Origin: Micromonosporaceae bacterium
GTDB lineage: Bacteria; Actinomycetota; Actinomycetes; Mycobacteriales; Micromonosporaceae
NCBI GenBank assembly: GCA_035296325.1
Contig: DATHBD010000082.1
Span: 137,771-201,770, forward strand
DNA: 64,000 nt
Reading direction: 5' to 3'
Position 1 is the stretch's first letter, and every line of letters starts with the position of its first letter. Positions 1 through 10,054 of this stretch are shown here, piece after piece. Under the pieces are notes generated by a model. The model ran no database searches. It saw only the letters and a program-made list of their open reading frames with translations, and had not been told where the DNA came from. The translations under genes were made by a program, and so were the position numbers.

Positions 1-1400
<1,400 letters not shown>

Positions 1401-1492
1401 TTATTGGCCGTCCGCTGGAAAGCCGCGAACCCGCTGGGCAGCGTGGCGGCCCCGGGCGGACGTCCCGATGATACGTAGGTGGCGCGGCCCGG

Positions 1493-1792
1493 TCAGCCTG
1501 GCCCCACCGATCCGGGAGGCGCCGGAGCGTCGGCCGTCGCGTCGGGCCGGTGGATCCGGCGGAGCCGGGGCGCCATTGCCCGCACGGCCAGTGCTGCGAC
1601 AACCGCGCCGACCAGCACCATTTTCGCGACCACCTTGCCGGCCGTCACGGCTTTGATCCCGAGCCAGATCAACCCGCCCCCCGGGGTCACGTCAAAGCGC
1701 TGCCACAACAGCACCACCAGGACGAGGCCGGCGACAATGGCGAGGACGGAGGCGACGACTGCCGCCAGGCGATAGCCCGATATTTGTCTCAT
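1493..1792 (-). CDS. Small hypothetical membrane protein (two predicted TM helices)
   Basis: 99-aa ORF with two hydrophobic stretches ('AAVVASVLAIVAGLVLVVLLW', 'MVLVGAVVAALAV'). It sits between the response regulator and lacZ-like gene on the same strand. No recognisable domain. Confidence 0.3.
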   Translation of the reverse strand: MRQISGYRLAAVVASVLAIVAGLVLVVLLWQRFDVTPGGGLIWLGIKAVTAGKVVAKMVLVGAVVAALAVRAMAPRLRRIHRPDATADAPAPPGSVGPG

Positions 1793-1889
1793 GCGCTGAC
1801 GCTATGCGGCCCGACAGCGGTTTTCGTCCGGCTCCAGAAGTGTCCACAGTGGTACCACCTTGAACCAGCGACGTGCGCCGACTCCAACC

Positions 1890-2549
1890 TCAGGTGGAGG
1901 GCTGCGGGCCGGGCCGGACCAGTCCAGCGTCATAGGCGAAGATGGTCGCCTGCACCCGGTCGCGGATCTCCAGCTTCGTGAGAATGGCATTCACATGCGC
2001 CTTGACGGTCGACAGCCGAATGTCGAGTTGCTCGCCGATCTCGATGTTGGAATGTCCACGGGCCAGGCGGGAAAGGACCTCCAGCTCACGTGGCGTCAGC
2101 CGCTCGAGCGACGCCACCAGGTGGGGCGCCGGCACACTGGCGCCCTTGGTGAACGCTTCGATAAGCCTCCGGGTGAGCGTGGGATCGAGGATTGAATGAC
2201 CCGACGCGATGACCCGGATGGCGTCGACCAGTCGCTGCGGGTCAGCGTCCTTGAGCAGGAATCCCGACGCGCCGGCCCGTAGTGCCGCGTACACGTACTC
2301 GTCCAGATCGAATGTGGTCAGGACGAGCACCCGGGCCGGTATCGGGCCGGCCACCAGTGTCGCCGTTGCCGCCAACCCGTCCATCGTCGGCATGCGGATG
2401 TCCATCAACACCACGTCGGGCCGCACCCGGGCGGCCTCGGCGAGGGCCAGTCGCCCGTCGGCCGCCTCCCCGACCACGGTCAGATCCGGCTCGGCGTCGA
2501 CGATCGCGGAGATCCCGGCGCGCACCATCGACTGGTCGTCGACCACCAT
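1890..2549 (-). CDS. NarL/LuxR-family response regulator (REC + LuxR HTH)
   Basis: 'MVVDDQSMVRAGI...VVLMDIRMPTMDGL' receiver domain, then 'LTPRELEVLSRLARGHSNIEIGEQLDIRLSTVKAHVNAILTKL' LuxR-type HTH. Its ATG overlaps the stop of the upstream kinase (ATGA), which is classic HK-RR coupling. The longer track ORF (to 2819) is an N-terminal over-extension. Confidence 0.85.
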   Translation of the reverse strand: MVVDDQSMVRAGISAIVDAEPDLTVVGEAADGRLALAEAARVRPDVVLMDIRMPTMDGLAATATLVAGPIPARVLVLTTFDLDEYVYAALRAGASGFLLKDADPQRLVDAIRVIASGHSILDPTLTRRLIEAFTKGASVPAPHLVASLERLTPRELEVLSRLARGHSNIEIGEQLDIRLSTVKAHVNAILTKLEIRDRVQATIFAYDAGLVRPGPQPST

Positions 2550-4984
2550 CACCCGGGTATGGATGGCTTCACCCCCGCGATCGGGAACCTCGCCTGAACG
2601 GTCCAGCCATTCGGTGCGGGCCCGCGCGTCGTCAGGGCTCCACCGACGGCATCCACCCGTTCCCTCAGGGCTGCCAGCACGGCCGCCCGCGGCGACGTGG
2701 CGAGATCGGCGACGATCAACCGTACGTCGTCGTCGCCGTACTCCACCGTCACCACCGGCCGCCCGGCGTCGCGCGTGCCGCCGGGCGGCAGCACCGACTC
2801 CACCAGCCGGTACGAGCACAGCTCCACCTCCGGCGGGAGTGGTCGCTGGACACCGCGGACCCGCAGACTCGCCGTAGGGCTGGCGTCATCCGCGGACCTG
2901 CAGAGGTCGAGCACCCCGGCCAGGGTTGGCTCCGGCGACCGCGGCCCCACCCGGACGCCGCCGCGGAGCACGGTGAGCAGCTCTCGCATGGCGGCCAGCG
3001 CCGCCCGACCCCGCGCCATGGCGGCCGCCACGCGATCGGATTCGGTTTGGCCGGGATCGCCACATTCCGCGATGGCGACCAGCCGCTCGGTATGGCCGAG
3101 GACCTGTTCCCGCAGGCCCGAGGCGAGGCGGACCCGTTCCCCGCGGGCCGCGGCAACCGCTCGGCTGGTGGCCGCGTGCAGCATGGCCGCGTCGCGCGCC
3201 GACCGTCGCGATCGGGTCCGGCGGACGCGCCAGCCCAGCGCCCAGGTGGGAAGCAGCAGCGCGATCAGCGTCAGCATGACCAGAGCCGCGCCGAAGATGG
3301 CGAAACCGAGGCGCTGGTCGGCCGGCGTACTGCGGTCATCGAGCGCGAAGACACCGGCGACGGCACCGCCGGTCACGCCGACGGCAGCGGCCGATACCCA
3401 GGTGAGCGCCGGCGGCCCGGCGTAGGCGCCGACCGAGTACACCGCGACGAACTGCGCACCGGCCATCATCCACAGCTGCTCCGTCCCGCCCCACGGCAGC
3501 ACGTCGAACCGGACCAGCGCCCAGCCCAGTGTGGCGACGCCGAGCATCCCGGCGAGCACCAGCCACGGACAACGCCGCCGCCAGAGCAGCAGGCCACCAT
3601 GCACGAGGACGACCAGGCACAGCAGCGCGGCGGCCGCCGGCGTGGTACGGACGAAGCCGCCGGACGGCGACGGCTCTGCCATCGACTCCAGCCCCGCAAC
3701 GAGCGGGAGCGCCACGGCAAGTGCCGCCACGAGTCCGTCGAGCAGCTTGACGTGCCGATGCCTGGTGTTCCAGACCGGATCCGCCGGCCCTGCCACCGGC
3801 GCCGGCGTGCGGACCGGCATGGCGCGCAGGGGCAGTACCGCACGCACGGACCACCCACCGCCGGGTCGCGGACCGGCGTGCACCTCCCCGCCGAACTCCC
3901 CGGCTCTGGCTTTCATGCCGGCGATGCCGCTTCCCGAACCGAGGTCGAAGGCGCTGTCCGCGCAGTCTGGTCCCGCATCGTCGACGAACAGGCGGATCTC
4001 CGTCACGGCGCGGAGCACCCGGACGGTCACCGGCCCGCCGCCGGCGTAGCGCAGTGCGTTGGTCAACGACTCCCGGGCGATCCGGTACACGGCCGCCTCC
4101 ACATCGACCGGCATCACGTCCGACGTCCCCTCGACGGTGTACCGGACGGACAGGCCGAGCCGTTCGAATCCGGCGATCAGGTCGGTCATGCCGTGCAACG
4201 ACGCATCCGGGGTGCGCTCGTCACCGGGAGTGTCGGCGATGGACACCAGATGGCGCAGCGAGGTGACGGTCTGCCGGCCGGCCGTGCCGGCGTACCCGAG
4301 CGCCTGCCCGACCAGCGCCGGTGACCGGTCCCCCAGCCGGTGCGCCGCGCCGAGGTTGACCACGATCGCGGTCAAATGATGTGCCGCGACGTCGTGCAGT
4401 TCGCGCGCCAGGCGTTCCCGCTCACCTGCGGCCGCATACCGCTCGTCGTCCTCGGCGCGGGCCAGACGGGCGGCGATCGCCTCCTGTCTGGCACCGCCGT
4501 GCCGCCTCGATCGCCCGAACAGGACCGTCATGCTCAACAACGCCACGCTGAGTACGCCGTTGAGCACCACCGCGAGCCATCCCGCTCGGGTGGCCAGTTC
4601 CGCGATCACGCCGGCGACCGCGGTCACCGTCAGGCAGTTCACCGCGACCCGGGCGGTCCGATAGCGGGCCACCGAGTACAGCACCACGAGGTCGCCGTAG
4701 GCGAGGACCACCGTTTCGACATCCAGACCGGCAACCGTGAGGACGACCCGCCCGATGCCTACGGCCACCCAGGCCGGAACCGGTGACACCCGGCGCACGC
4801 TCAACGCCACCAGGGACCAGGCGGTGGCGATGCCGACGATCAGCAACTCGGCGCCGGCCACCTGGCGGTTCGCCACCCAGGGCACGAGCGGCCAGGCGAC
4901 GAGCTGCAGCACGCCGAGCACGCCGGGTAGCCGAAGGTCACGGCGGTTCGGGCGGCGGACGAGCCGGCCGGTGACGCCTCGCAT
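2549..4984 (-). CDS. Membrane sensor histidine kinase, NarL-partner type (HisKA_3 + HATPase_c), with a second degenerate TM/HisKA_3/ATPase-like module fused in frame
   Basis: N-terminal half: several TM helices, 'ERERLARELHDVAAHHLTAIVVNL' (HisKA_3 H-box) and an ATPase domain with 'FVDDAGPD...GSGIAGMKARAGEFGGEVH'. C-terminal half: another multi-TM region, 'ERVRLASGLREQVLGHTERL' (H-box-like) and an ATPase-like tail lacking G1/G2 boxes. One 811-aa ORF with no internal stop. Confidence 0.8.
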   Translation of the reverse strand: MRGVTGRLVRRPNRRDLRLPGVLGVLQLVAWPLVPWVANRQVAGAELLIVGIATAWSLVALSVRRVSPVPAWVAVGIGRVVLTVAGLDVETVVLAYGDLVVLYSVARYRTARVAVNCLTVTAVAGVIAELATRAGWLAVVLNGVLSVALLSMTVLFGRSRRHGGARQEAIAARLARAEDDERYAAAGERERLARELHDVAAHHLTAIVVNLGAAHRLGDRSPALVGQALGYAGTAGRQTVTSLRHLVSIADTPGDERTPDASLHGMTDLIAGFERLGLSVRYTVEGTSDVMPVDVEAAVYRIARESLTNALRYAGGGPVTVRVLRAVTEIRLFVDDAGPDCADSAFDLGSGSGIAGMKARAGEFGGEVHAGPRPGGGWSVRAVLPLRAMPVRTPAPVAGPADPVWNTRHRHVKLLDGLVAALAVALPLVAGLESMAEPSPSGGFVRTTPAAAALLCLVVLVHGGLLLWRRRCPWLVLAGMLGVATLGWALVRFDVLPWGGTEQLWMMAGAQFVAVYSVGAYAGPPALTWVSAAAVGVTGGAVAGVFALDDRSTPADQRLGFAIFGAALVMLTLIALLLPTWALGWRVRRTRSRRSARDAAMLHAATSRAVAAARGERVRLASGLREQVLGHTERLVAIAECGDPGQTESDRVAAAMARGRAALAAMRELLTVLRGGVRVGPRSPEPTLAGVLDLCRSADDASPTASLRVRGVQRPLPPEVELCSYRLVESVLPPGGTRDAGRPVVTVEYGDDDVRLIVADLATSPRAAVLAALRERVDAVGGALTTRGPAPNGWTVQARFPIAGVKPSIPG

Positions 4985-5139
4985 GATCCCTCCCCCCGCT
5001 ACGACGCACAGCGACCGTACCGCTGCCGACGGCCGACGGAGTCGCCCGAGGGAGGGAGAGCGCGGTAGATCCTTGGTTGGAGGCGCCGGTGGGCCGGGCG
5101 GTTTCCCGCCCGGCCCACCGGCGCCCGCTGTCGGGTGGA

Positions 5140-8100
5140 TCAGCCCGTGCAGGTGACCCGGGCGTCCGCCCAGTCCGCATGGTCCAGGCCGACCCCGTTG
5201 CCGGCGTCGCCGACCACCAGCCGGACCACCTGCGCGCCGGTGATGTCCACATCGACCACCGCCGACGGGCTGCTGCCGGTGAGCGTCGGCGAGGTGTAGC
5301 GCGCCACGCCGTCGGCCACCACCGAGAAGACCACGGATCCGCTGGCGCCGACCTCGTCGTCGAGCCCCACGGTCGCGGCGAACCGGGTGCAGCGCCCACC
5401 CAGGTTGAGGGCCACGTCGCTGTTGGCGTGCACCCCCAGCCCGGAGGCGTACACCGTGCCACCCAGCGTGATCGGCCTGCCGTCACCCGCGGCCGCCTCG
5501 CCGTTGCTCGTGTTGCGCTCCACCGGGCCCCACCCGTTCGCCAGGGACTGGAACGGCAGCGAACTGACCGCGGTCGTGCCGGGCGGCGGGTCCGTGGGAT
5601 CGGTCGGGCCCGAGCCGCCGTAGCCGGGGCTGTTCACCATGGCCACCTGTAGCGGCGAGACGTGCGACCCGTACGACTCCAGTCGCACCGTGCCCAGCCC
5701 GCCGGTGGTGGCGTCGGAGTTCCACACCGCGATGGCGATGGTGTTGTTCCCGTTGGGGTTCAGGATGCCGTTCGGGATCGGGAAGCTGTGCTGCGGCCCG
5801 ACATTGTTGATGTAGCGGCCCATGTGCCAGCCGTTGACGAAGATCTGCGCCCGGTACTGCTTGCTGGCCGGGTCGTCGATCCGGATACCCAGTGAAGTGT
5901 CCTGGCCGGCCGGCATGTTGAGCGCCACGTTGCTGCGGTACCAGACGACGCCGGGTGTGGTGCTGGAGTGCGGCGTGGTGACGGTCTGCCAGCCGGAGTC
6001 CGGGAAGCCCGGCAGGTGCCAGCCGGAGCGCTCACCGAACATCCCACCGGTGTTCATCGGCCCGCGTACCGGGTCGACCAGGTTCTGCCCGCCCTGTGCG
6101 CCCTGGATGCGCCAGGTGACCGGATTGGCGGTGGAGCCGGTGAGGCTCGCGCCGATCAGGCCCCGCGCCTCCTTGTGCGTGTCGTTGTGCTGGTAGTCCT
6201 CGTTGTGGCCCTGGTTGTTGACCAGGACCGAGACCACGTTGTCGGCCCCTTGGCGCACCGCGCCGGCGGGGAACGTGAAGGTGCGCTGCGAGGATCTGCC
6301 GCTGCCGGTCGGGTTGCTGCTGCCGAGGAACCGGCCGTTGAGCCACACGGACCAGATGCCGGCCCGGCCGGTGATGGCGGAGAGGTTGATCCCGGTCTGG
6401 CCGCTGTTGCCGGTGAAGTGGCCGCGGTACCACAGATTCCCGTAGTGGTAGCCGTAGTCGTCGGCGAACAGGATCGGCCGGGTGACCGGCGTGGTGGTGC
6501 TGTTGGACGTGGTCTTGTTCGCCACCGTCCAGGCCGAGTCGTTGAAGGCCAGCTGCGCCTCCGGCGACTCGGTGGCGTACCGCCAGGTGTTCAGCGCGGG
6601 CAGGGTGACCGGCCGCGGTCCGGCGAGTGCGCCCTGCAGACTGCCGCTGGTGGTGGCAGTGGTCGGCAGCGCGGCGCCGTTCCAGGTCACCGCGCCGGCG
6701 GTGGAGAAGACCTCCAGGTCGCCGGCGGTGGCGACATCGCCGGTCAGGTTGAGCGTGGTGCCGCTGGTGGCGGCGGAACGCAGCAGATACGACCCGCGTA
6801 CCAGCACCGGTCCGGCGGTGGTGTCCTGCCGCCAGAACGTGGCGGCCGTCTCGTCGGTGCCGAGCAGCAGCAGCAACGGCCGTTCGCCACCGGTGATCAG
6901 CACCCGGGCCAGCCCGCCGTGCGTGTAGTTCAGCCGCAGGTCGTCGGTCGCGGCGTTGTAGGTGCTGGTGACCGAGCCGCTGAGCACGGTGACCGTGGGC
7001 TGGGTGGCGTAGCGCAGCATGGTCTCGCCGGCCTGGCCGTTGCGGCCGTACAGCAGCGCCACGTCCCGGTCGCCGATCTGCGCGTGGGTCATGATCTCCG
7101 AGGTGGAGTACTGCAACTGCTGCGAACCCATCCGGTAGTTCGCCACGAGGATCTTCGAGTCCCGCCCGGCCAGGGTGATCGCCGTGCCGGGCTGGTACGG
7201 GACCCGCGGGTAGGACCCCGCCGAGCCGAGGTTCAGCGACATGGTCGTCGAGTCGGTGGTGGTCGCGGTCGAGTCACGGTGCCGCAGGGTGTGGAACTGG
7301 GTGCCGGTGTCCGGGTTCACCCGGGCGGTGTCCTGGATGACGGTCGAGCTCAGCGTCGCCGCGGGAGCCGCGTCCGTCTTGGTCAGTGGCGCCACCGCCT
7401 GGGTGAAGTACCCGATCCGCTTGTCCTCGTCGTACTTGGCGCTCAGCTGGCGACCCTCGGTGATGGCCGCGCCGTAGTCGTAGGAGCTGTACACCTGCTG
7501 CGGGTCGGGCTGCCAACCCCACGATGTGCCGCCGTAGGCCATGTAGAAGTTCTGCTCGGTCACGCCCTGGGCGATGTTGTCCTTGTAGAAGACCTTCTGG
7601 AACTCCACGCCGGTGAGCTGCCGGCAACGGTCGTAGCCGGGGCCGCCCCACGGGTCGAACGCACCGCCCTGGAACTCGGCGATCCGCAGCGGGTGCCCCG
7701 CGTAGCGGGCCCAGTTGTAGCTCTGGGTCGGCCGCCACACCGTCGGGTTGGAGCAGTTGAAGCCCTGCGGGTAGGAGTCCGGGCTGTCCACGTCCAGCCC
7801 GCCGGTGCCGCTGATGAAGTTGTTGTTGTGGTTACCGGTCAGCGGCACGGTGATGCCGTCGGCACGGGCCCGGCGCTTGAGGTGCTCCATGTACTGGTCG
7901 GCCTGGGCCGAGGTGTCGTAGAACTCGTTCTCCACCTGGTACGACACGACCGTGCCGCCGCCGTTGGTGATCTGGTATTTCGCGATGATCGGGTTGATCC
8001 GCGACAGCCACTCGTCGGCGGCGGCGCGGAAGTCCGCGGCGTTGCTGCGGGCCCGACCGGGCTGGGTGGTCAGCCACGCCGGGAACCCGCCGCTGTCCAC

Positions 8101-8577
8101 CTCGGCATTGATGTACGGCCCGGGCCGGGCCATCACGTAGATGCCGACCTCGGCGGCGATGGCGAGCAACCGGTCCACGTCGCGGACGCCGGTGAAGTCG
8201 TACACACCCGGCTTGGGCGAGTGGTAGGCCCAGCTGAAGTACAGGGAGGTGGCGTTGAACCCGGATGCCTTCATCTTGACCAGGACGTCGCGCCACAGGT
8301 CCGGGCTCGGCAGCCGGAAGTAGTGGAACTCGCCGGACCAGAAGTAGACGCGCCTGCCCCCGATGAAAAAGGAGTACCCGTCGAAGGTGACCGTCTGCGG
8401 CACCGCGGCCGCGGCACCGGCCACCGTGGGTGCGGCGGCCCGGTCGGGCGCGGCGGTCGCCGGTGCTGCGCTCAGTACGGCGGCGCCGACGACGGCTGCG
8501 GCGAGCAGGCGCACGCCGATGCGGCGGGGAAATGAAAGCCGGCGCGGCCGGCGGGCGGCGGGATGGGTCACGGACAC
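5140..8577 (-). CDS. Secreted GH35 beta-galactosidase with C-terminal NPCBM-type carbohydrate-binding module
   Basis: Tat/Sec signal 'RRPRRLSFPRRIGVRLLAAAVVGAAVLSAAPATA'. GH35 core 'YFWSGEFHYFRLP...GPYINAEVDSGGFPAWL...YQVENEF'. C-terminal 'GTVYASGLGVHANSDVALNLGGRCTRFAATVGLDDE...VGLDHADWADARVTC' resembles NPCBM. The start is probably the GTG at 8577, which has the RBS-like 'gagagg' upstream; the TTG at 8583 is the alternative. Confidence 0.85.
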   Translation of the reverse strand: MSVTHPAARRPRRLSFPRRIGVRLLAAAVVGAAVLSAAPATAAPDRAAAPTVAGAAAAVPQTVTFDGYSFFIGGRRVYFWSGEFHYFRLPSPDLWRDVLVKMKASGFNATSLYFSWAYHSPKPGVYDFTGVRDVDRLLAIAAEVGIYVMARPGPYINAEVDSGGFPAWLTTQPGRARSNAADFRAAADEWLSRINPIIAKYQITNGGGTVVSYQVENEFYDTSAQADQYMEHLKRRARADGITVPLTGNHNNNFISGTGGLDVDSPDSYPQGFNCSNPTVWRPTQSYNWARYAGHPLRIAEFQGGAFDPWGGPGYDRCRQLTGVEFQKVFYKDNIAQGVTEQNFYMAYGGTSWGWQPDPQQVYSSYDYGAAITEGRQLSAKYDEDKRIGYFTQAVAPLTKTDAAPAATLSSTVIQDTARVNPDTGTQFHTLRHRDSTATTTDSTTMSLNLGSAGSYPRVPYQPGTAITLAGRDSKILVANYRMGSQQLQYSTSEIMTHAQIGDRDVALLYGRNGQAGETMLRYATQPTVTVLSGSVTSTYNAATDDLRLNYTHGGLARVLITGGERPLLLLLGTDETAATFWRQDTTAGPVLVRGSYLLRSAATSGTTLNLTGDVATAGDLEVFSTAGAVTWNGAALPTTATTSGSLQGALAGPRPVTLPALNTWRYATESPEAQLAFNDSAWTVANKTTSNSTTTPVTRPILFADDYGYHYGNLWYRGHFTGNSGQTGINLSAITGRAGIWSVWLNGRFLGSSNPTGSGRSSQRTFTFPAGAVRQGADNVVSVLVNNQGHNEDYQHNDTHKEARGLIGASLTGSTANPVTWRIQGAQGGQNLVDPVRGPMNTGGMFGERSGWHLPGFPDSGWQTVTTPHSSTTPGVVWYRSNVALNMPAGQDTSLGIRIDDPASKQYRAQIFVNGWHMGRYINNVGPQHSFPIPNGILNPNGNNTIAIAVWNSDATTGGLGTVRLESYGSHVSPLQVAMVNSPGYGGSGPTDPTDPPPGTTAVSSLPFQSLANGWGPVERNTSNGEAAAGDGRPITLGGTVYASGLGVHANSDVALNLGGRCTRFAATVGLDDEVGASGSVVFSVVADGVARYTSPTLTGSSPSAVVDVDITGAQVVRLVVGDAGNGVGLDHADWADARVTCTG

Positions 8578-8835
8578 GGGCAACCTCTCGGGCCACGGGT
8601 GGGCATCGAGGACCGGCCGACAGCGGAATCGGTCGAACTGGCTTATCGATGGGGATGAACGTGTTGACGCTCCCAGACTCCGTGAATCCTTTCAAGGGCC
8701 AACCGCTGATCGAAATGCGTGTGGAGCCGTCCGAGCGAGTGCCGAATCGCAGCGCAGATCGCGCGGGGTGACGTCCGAATCGCCGCCCGCCTTCAATTCC
8801 GGCGTTCGTCCCCGGAACGGGCAAGGAACGCAAAC

Positions 8836-8875
8836 GGACCACCGACCACGGTTGGCAACCGGTGGTCGGTGGTCC
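8836..8875. terminator. Perfect 14-bp-stem hairpin downstream of the small gene, upstream of GH35
   Basis: 'ggaccaccgaccac ggttggcaacc gtggtcggtggtcc' is a perfect inverted repeat about 55 nt after the stop of the 48-aa ORF on the minus strand. There is no T-tract, as is usual in actinomycetes. Confidence 0.45.
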
Positions 8876-8928
8876 CTGAGGACGGCCCCGCCGGCATGGG
8901 CCCATGCCCACGGCGGCGGCGCGCGCCG

Positions 8929-9075
8929 CTAGCGCCGCTTGTTGAAGCGCGCCGCCAGCTGGCGGAGCTTCTGCTGGTTCTGCGGCTTGGACAGCTCGCG
9001 GCGACCCCGCTCCACCGCCCGCTGCCCGCTCGGGCTGCTCAGAAATGCCTTGAGCCGCTGAACTATCGATGCCAT
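8929..9075 (-). CDS. Small basic hypothetical protein (48 aa)
   Basis: ATG with a strong 'aaggagg' RBS. Sequence 'MASIVQRLKAFLSSPSGQRAVERGRRELSKPQNQQKLRQLAARFNKRR'. Followed by a strong hairpin. The longer track ORF (85 aa) is an upstream over-extension. Confidence 0.45.
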   Translation of the reverse strand: MASIVQRLKAFLSSPSGQRAVERGRRELSKPQNQQKLRQLAARFNKRR

Positions 9076-9195
9076 CCGAACTCGCCTCCTTGTTGAGCTT
9101 CGCGTGTGTCGTCGTACCCAGGACAACGGCAAACGAACGCATTTGTTCCTGCTCAGCAACCTGCCGGCTCGCGGGAGCCGCCGCATCGGGCGGCG

Positions 9196-9948
9196 TTACG
9201 ACGCCGTGACGCCTGCTACGTAGACAGTATTGGTGGCGTCCCGATCCTGCAGCGGGTTCGGAAACCGCACCACATGCGCCCGCCAGCTCGCAAAAATTTC
9301 CGCCAGCACGCCGGTGAAGGCCTCGTCCGGTGGATCGTTCGACCAGAGCGCGAACACGCCGCCGGGACGCAGGTGCCCGGCAAGTCGACGCAGGCCGGCC
9401 GGCGTGTAGAACGGCGCGTGGCTGGGGTGCAGCACCTGGCTCGGGGTGTGGTCGACGTCCAGCAGAATCGCGTGGAAGCGGCGGCCCGGCGCATCGGGAT
9501 CGAACCCGGCGGCGTCCCGCGCCATCGCGAAGAAGTCGCCCTGCACCAATCGGCTGCGTGAGTCCGAGATCAACGGGCGGGCCATCGGCAGCAGCTCGCG
9601 CCGGTGCCAGTCGATCACCTCGCCGAGCGCCTCGACCACGGTCAGCGACCGCACCCGGGGATCCTCCAGGACGGCGCGGGCGGTGTAGCCGAGCCCGAGG
9701 CCACCCACGACGACGTCGAGCTCTGTGCCGTGCGCCTCGGCCAGGCCGAGCCGGGCCAGCTCGATCTCCGCGACAGTGAACAGGCTGGACATGAGGAACT
9801 CGTCGTCGAGCTTCACTTCGTAGACATCGACGTTGAGGGAGGGCTCCACGCGGCGCCGCAGGCTGATCGCGCCGATTGGCGTCTCCCGCCAGTCGAGCTC
9901 TTCGAACCTGGCGCTCACACCCTGCCCTCCTGGATACCGTAGGGTCAT
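9196..9948 (-). CDS. Spermidine/spermine synthase-like (PABS-type) class I methyltransferase-fold protein
   Basis: 'LDVVVGGLGLGYTARAVLEDPRVRSLTVVE...ILLDVDHTP...FYTPAGLRRLAGHLRPGGVFALW' shows a Rossmann GxGxG-like motif and an aminopropyltransferase-like layout. The start is taken at the internal ATG ('MTLRYPGG'). Confidence 0.5.
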   Translation of the reverse strand: MTLRYPGGQGVSARFEELDWRETPIGAISLRRRVEPSLNVDVYEVKLDDEFLMSSLFTVAEIELARLGLAEAHGTELDVVVGGLGLGYTARAVLEDPRVRSLTVVEALGEVIDWHRRELLPMARPLISDSRSRLVQGDFFAMARDAAGFDPDAPGRRFHAILLDVDHTPSQVLHPSHAPFYTPAGLRRLAGHLRPGGVFALWSNDPPDEAFTGVLAEIFASWRAHVVRFPNPLQDRDATNTVYVAGVTAS

Positions 9949-10054
9949 CGCGCAGTGGACCAAACCCGGCGATCCGGGACACATTACCCGCAGACGAGAA
10001 CGTCCCGCGTCCGGCTCCCGAGGGAGCCCGACGCGGGACGCGCGTTCTATCAGC

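Noticed and set aside
2282-4324. 680-aa plus-strand ORF, and similar long ORFs (5968-8535 +, 12598-14820 +, 15157-17376 +, 15902-17170 -, 17050-18843 -, 30903-32951 -, 31535-33724 -, 33803-35848 -, 42378-44738 +, 52700-54901 +, 7832-9982 -).
   Set aside because: Each lies antisense to, or frame-shifted within, a confidently identified gene. They have Arg/Pro/Gly/Ala-dominated low-complexity composition and no recognisable motifs. Long spurious ORFs are expected at about 71% GC because stop codons are rare.
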